Shown piece after piece: positions 34,686-38,277 of a DNA stretch of 38,277 nt. Origin of the DNA: a virus (lineage: Duplodnaviria > Caudoviricetes); the IMG/VR virus record IMGVR_UViG_3300048574_000430, positions 1 through 38,277 of that record; one strand, written 5' to 3'. Each line of letters begins with the position of its first letter. The stretch's first letter is position 1. The translations under genes and the position numbers were made by a program. The notes under the pieces are model-generated. The model was not told the origin of the DNA. It searched no databases and was given only the letters and a program-made list of their open reading frames with translations.

Positions 34686-36248
34686 TTGAAAAAAGTAACG
34701 AAAATCATGCCCAATACGACGGCTTCATCTGAAAAGCCAAAGCTGCGTGTCGCAGCTTACTGCCGTGTCTCCACCGATACCGACGGACAGTTGGAAAGCC
34801 TGGGGACACAAATCAAGCACTATGAAACTTTCATCCGGGCAAACCCGGAATGGGAATACGCAGGCATTTATTACGACGAGGGTATTTCGGGTACGAAAAC
34901 GGAAAAGCGACGTGAGCTCCTTCGGATGATTGCCGACTGCGAAAACGGGAACATCGATTTTGTTGTCACGAAGTCCATCAGCCGCTTTGCCCGAAACACA
35001 ACGGACTGTCTGGAGCTGGTGCGAAGGCTGCAAAACCTCGGCATTTTCATTTTCTTTGAAAAGGAAAACATCAACACCGGGGAAATGGAAAACGAACTCA
35101 TGCTCTCAATCCTAAGTGGACTGGCCGAAAACGAGTCGGTGTCCATTGCCGAAAACAACAAATGGTCGGTCAGGCGCCGCTTTCAAAACGGCACCTACAA
35201 AATATCCAGCCCGCCCTACGGTTACGATTCTGTTGACGGGAAGCTGGTGGTGAATAAAGAGGAAGCCAAAGTGGTTCGCTTTATCTTTTCCGAAATACTG
35301 TCCGGCAAAGGGTGCGGTAAAGTCGCGAAGGAACTGAATATTCGTGGCCTTAAGGGCAAGAAGGGCGGTCGGTGGAAGTCGTCGACTATTCGAGGAATGG
35401 CCTATAACGAAAAATACATCGGTGATGCACTGTTCCAGAAAACATACACTGACGAGCACTTCAACCACCGCCGCAATAATGGCGAAAAGGAACAGTACCT
35501 CATCCAGAACCATCACGAGCCAATCATCAGCCGTGCGGACTTTGAAGCCGCACAGGCTGTCATTGCCCAGCGCGCCAGAGAAAAGGGCATCGAAAAACGA
35601 GAGGGCAAGAACCAGAACAGTTACCCGTTTTCGGGAAAAATCATCTGCGGCAACTGCGGCGGCACCTTCAAGCGCCGTATCCATGCAAACGGGAAACACA
35701 GAATCGCATGGTGTTGTACCACACATCTCACGGATATTGCTGAGTGCCCTGTGAAATACATCCCGGATTCCGTTTTAGAGGTCGCGTTTGTCACGATGAT
35801 GAATAAGCTTATTTTCGGGCATCAAACCGTACTCCGGCCTCTGCTCGTCAGCCTACGTGGGATAACCTCCGACTCCAGCCTAAAAAGCATCGGAGAGCTT
35901 GATAAAAAAATCGAGGATAACACGGAACAGCGAAAGGTGCTGGTGGGGCTTCTCACTAAAGGTTACCTGGAGCCAGCCGTTTACAATAAGGGGAACAACG
36001 AGCTTCTACAGGAAGCCGAGCGGATACAGAGGCAGAAGGAGTCACTCCTCCGATTTATGAACAGCGACAGGCGAAACCTGAGCGAGGTCAGTGCGATTTT
36101 GCAGTACGCCACCAAGGCCACAATGCTGAAGGGCTTTGACGGTGAGCTGTTCACACGCTTTGTGGAGCGGATTCGTGTGTATTCCCGAACCGAAATCGGG
36201 TTTGAACTCAAGTGCGGCATTACACTCAAGGAAAGGCTGGTGATTTGA
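34686..36248 (+). CDS. Large serine recombinase 1
   Basis: AAYCRVST (catalytic Ser), [23 protein letters not shown] zinc ribbon and coiled coil. Confidence 0.95.
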   Translation: MKKVTKIMPNTTASSEKPKLRVAAYCRVSTDTDGQLESLGTQIKHYETFIRANPEWEYAGIYYDEGISGTKTEKRRELLRMIADCENGNIDFVVTKSISRFARNTTDCLELVRRLQNLGIFIFFEKENINTGEMENELMLSILSGLAENESVSIAENNKWSVRRRFQNGTYKISSPPYGYDSVDGKLVVNKEEAKVVRFIFSEILSGKGCGKVAKELNIRGLKGKKGGRWKSSTIRGMAYNEKYIGDALFQKTYTDEHFNHRRNNGEKEQYLIQNHHEPIISRADFEAAQAVIAQRAREKGIEKREGKNQNSYPFSGKIICGNCGGTFKRRIHANGKHRIAWCCTTHLTDIAECPVKYIPDSVLEVAFVTMMNKLIFGHQTVLRPLLVSLRGITSDSSLKSIGELDKKIEDNTEQRKVLVGLLTKGYLEPAVYNKGNNELLQEAERIQRQKESLLRFMNSDRRNLSEVSAILQYATKATMLKGFDGELFTRFVERIRVYSRTEIGFELKCGITLKERLVI

Positions 36249-36677
36249 ATGGACCATATACCCTATGGTTACAGGATCGAAAACGGGCAGGCTGTGCTGG
36301 ATGAAAAAGCTGCCGAGCAGGTAAGAACGCTGTTCCGCGCCTATCTTTCCGGCGATGCGTTGGCAACCGCCGCTCAGAAAGCCGGCATTAAAGCCTTTCA
36401 TTCTGGAATCACCAGAATACTTCAAAATGCCCGTTACCTCGGCGATGCGTATTACCCGGCGATTATCGACCCGGGCACTTTTGCGGCTGCCGAAGCGGAA
36501 CGTGTCCGGCGGGCTGAGAAGCTCGGCCGTGTTTGGGAACCGAAAGAAGAAAAAGAGGTCGTCTTTCCCACCGCCTTTCGCCTGTGCGAAGGGACGGAGC
36601 AGTTCGACGACCCGTTTATGCAGGCGGAGTACGCCTACAGTTTAATAGAAACGGAGGTGTTTGGGGATGGAACCTAA
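36249..36677 (+). CDS. Short recombinase-domain-only protein (no catalytic domain)
   Basis: HIPYGY...ILQNARYLG...YPAIID..TF matches the recombinase DNA-binding domain; lacks YxRxS. Confidence 0.85.
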   Translation: MDHIPYGYRIENGQAVLDEKAAEQVRTLFRAYLSGDALATAAQKAGIKAFHSGITRILQNARYLGDAYYPAIIDPGTFAAAEAERVRRAEKLGRVWEPKEEKEVVFPTAFRLCEGTEQFDDPFMQAEYAYSLIETEVFGDGT

Positions 36678-38277
36678 GATGAGTATCACTGTGCTTCCGG
36701 CGAGAAAAAATGCCGGTTCAGCTAACAAAGATGAGGAGAACCCAAAGCTGCGGGTAGCGGCTTACTGCCGTGTGTCCACAGACAGCGATGAACAGGCCAC
36801 CAGCTACGACGCTCAGATTGAACATTACACCAATTATATCAATGGCCATCCCGACTGGAAACTGGCGGGTATTTTTGCAGATGACGGTATATCGGGAACC
36901 AACACCAAAAAGCGTGAGGAATTTAACCGCATGATTGACGAGTGCATGGCGGGCGGCATCGACATGATTATCACGAAATCCATCAGCCGGTTTGCCCGAA
37001 ACACGCTGGACTGCCTGAAATACATCCGACAGCTGAAAGAAAAAAGCATTCCCGTTTATTTTGAAAAGGAAAACATCAACACCATGGATTCCAAGGGCGA
37101 GGTCATGCTCACAATTATGGCATCGCTGGCCCAGCAGGAAAGCCAATCTTTGAGCCAAAACGTAAAGCTAGGTTTGCAGTACCGCTACCAGCAGGGTGAA
37201 ATCCAGGTCAATTGCAATTGGTTCCTCGGTTATGCCAAGGATGAAAACAAGCACCTAGTGGTTGTGCCGGAAGAAGCCGAAATTGTCAAACGCATATACC
37301 GTGAATACCTTGAAGGTGCCAGTATGCTGAAAATCGCCCGTGGTCTGGAGGCGGACGGCATTCTGAACGGCGCGGGTCGGGAAAAGTGGCATACCAGCAA
37401 CATCAGCACGATCCTGCGGAATGAAAAATACATCGGAGACGCCCTTTTGCAGAAAACCTACACCGTAGACTTCCTCACCAAACAGCGAGTCAAGAATAAC
37501 GGCCTTGTGCCGCAGTATTATGTGGAAAACAGCCACGAAGCCATTATCCCTCGTGAAATTTTTATGCAGGTGCAGGAGGAATTGGTGCGGCGGCGCATCG
37601 TCCACACCAGCCCGAATGGGAAGAACCGGGTCTTCAGCAGCAACCACTGCCTGTCAAATATCGTTTTTTGCGGCTGCTGCGGAGAGTTTTACCGCAGGAT
37701 TCATTGGTACAACCGTGGCAAGAAGTCCATCGTCTGGCGGTGCATCAGCCGGCTAGAAAATACCGGCTTGTTCTGCGATGCCCGTACCGTGCCAGAAAGC
37801 CAGATTGAACAGATTCTGGTCGCTGCCATTAATCAGGCATGGTGTGACAAGGACACCTTCCTCGCCACCCTGCAAAGAAACATCGAAGCCGTTCTGGAAT
37901 CCGAAAAAAGCCAGCCGCTTACCGACATCGACAAGCGGCTGGCTGAATTGCAGGAGGAGCTTTTGAAACGGACAGGTGCCCGAGCCGACTATGAGGATGT
38001 CGCCGAGGAGATCTACCGCCTGCGTGAAGATAAGCAGAAGCTTCAGCTGGAAAGCGCCGGACGGGACGAGCAGAAAAAGCGCATCGCCGACATGGGCACC
38101 TTCCTTCGGAAACAGCCCACCGCCCTGACCGAATACGACGAGCCGCTTGTCCGGCGGCTGATTGAAAAGGTCACTATCTATGAGGATAAATTCACCGTTG
38201 AGTTCAAGTCCGGCGTGACGGTGGAAGTTGCTCCTGATCAAACGAATTCGGCATGCTTGCGGGACTCTGTTCGATAA
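36667..38277 (+). CDS. Large serine recombinase 2
   Basis: [31 protein letters not shown] zinc ribbon and coiled coil; stop codon at the window end. Confidence 0.95.
   Translation: MEPKMSITVLPARKNAGSANKDEENPKLRVAAYCRVSTDSDEQATSYDAQIEHYTNYINGHPDWKLAGIFADDGISGTNTKKREEFNRMIDECMAGGIDMIITKSISRFARNTLDCLKYIRQLKEKSIPVYFEKENINTMDSKGEVMLTIMASLAQQESQSLSQNVKLGLQYRYQQGEIQVNCNWFLGYAKDENKHLVVVPEEAEIVKRIYREYLEGASMLKIARGLEADGILNGAGREKWHTSNISTILRNEKYIGDALLQKTYTVDFLTKQRVKNNGLVPQYYVENSHEAIIPREIFMQVQEELVRRRIVHTSPNGKNRVFSSNHCLSNIVFCGCCGEFYRRIHWYNRGKKSIVWRCISRLENTGLFCDARTVPESQIEQILVAAINQAWCDKDTFLATLQRNIEAVLESEKSQPLTDIDKRLAELQEELLKRTGARADYEDVAEEIYRLREDKQKLQLESAGRDEQKKRIADMGTFLRKQPTALTEYDEPLVRRLIEKVTIYEDKFTVEFKSGVTVEVAPDQTNSACLRDSVR

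Larger units (their letters stand above)
1200..38277 (+). mobile_element. Temperate siphovirus-like prophage (HK97-type head, PolA replication module, triple serine recombinase end module); boundaries approximate
   Basis: Co-oriented replication, packaging, head, tail, lysis and recombinase modules in canonical order. att sites not identified. Confidence 0.95.

Noticed and set aside
1-38277. tRNA, rRNA, IS elements, introns or inteins, att core repeats
   Set aside because: None recognised by eye. Polymerase, primase, helicase and terminase are of normal length, and serine-integrase att sites lack long direct repeats.

Overview
Nearly complete ~37 kb temperate siphovirus-type prophage of a Bacillota (probably Clostridia) host, almost entirely on the + strand. 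Gene order: divergent control region; sigma-70-region-4-like regulator; replication module (DUF2800-like nuclease, DUF2815-like SSB, family A DNA polymerase, BRO/ANT antirepressor, P4-type primase-helicase, VRR-NUC, SNF2 helicase); late regulator; HNH/cos/terminase with an inserted methyltransferase and small-gene cassette; HK97-type head; non-contractile tail with a -1 frameshift chaperone; holin/amidase; and a SHOCT-like gene plus three serine-recombinase genes at the right end. An AT-rich minus-strand ORF missing from the ORF track runs off the left edge. The most interesting signals are non-coding. (i) A fixed-spacing motif TTTCGGCCAG-N14-TCCAGTGRGTA occurs three times at module starts and is a candidate promoter for the phage's own sigma-like factor. 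(ii) A highly structured ~200 nt leader has mutually exclusive SD-sequestering and SD-releasing pairings in front of that factor. (iii) A second family of three related sigmaA-like promoters includes one that could express the recombinases without the upstream SHOCT gene. Together these suggest a lysis/lysogeny and excision switch that may not need a CI repressor; this is inference and untested. Family assignments come from motif recognition and gene order, not database searches. The att sites were not located.
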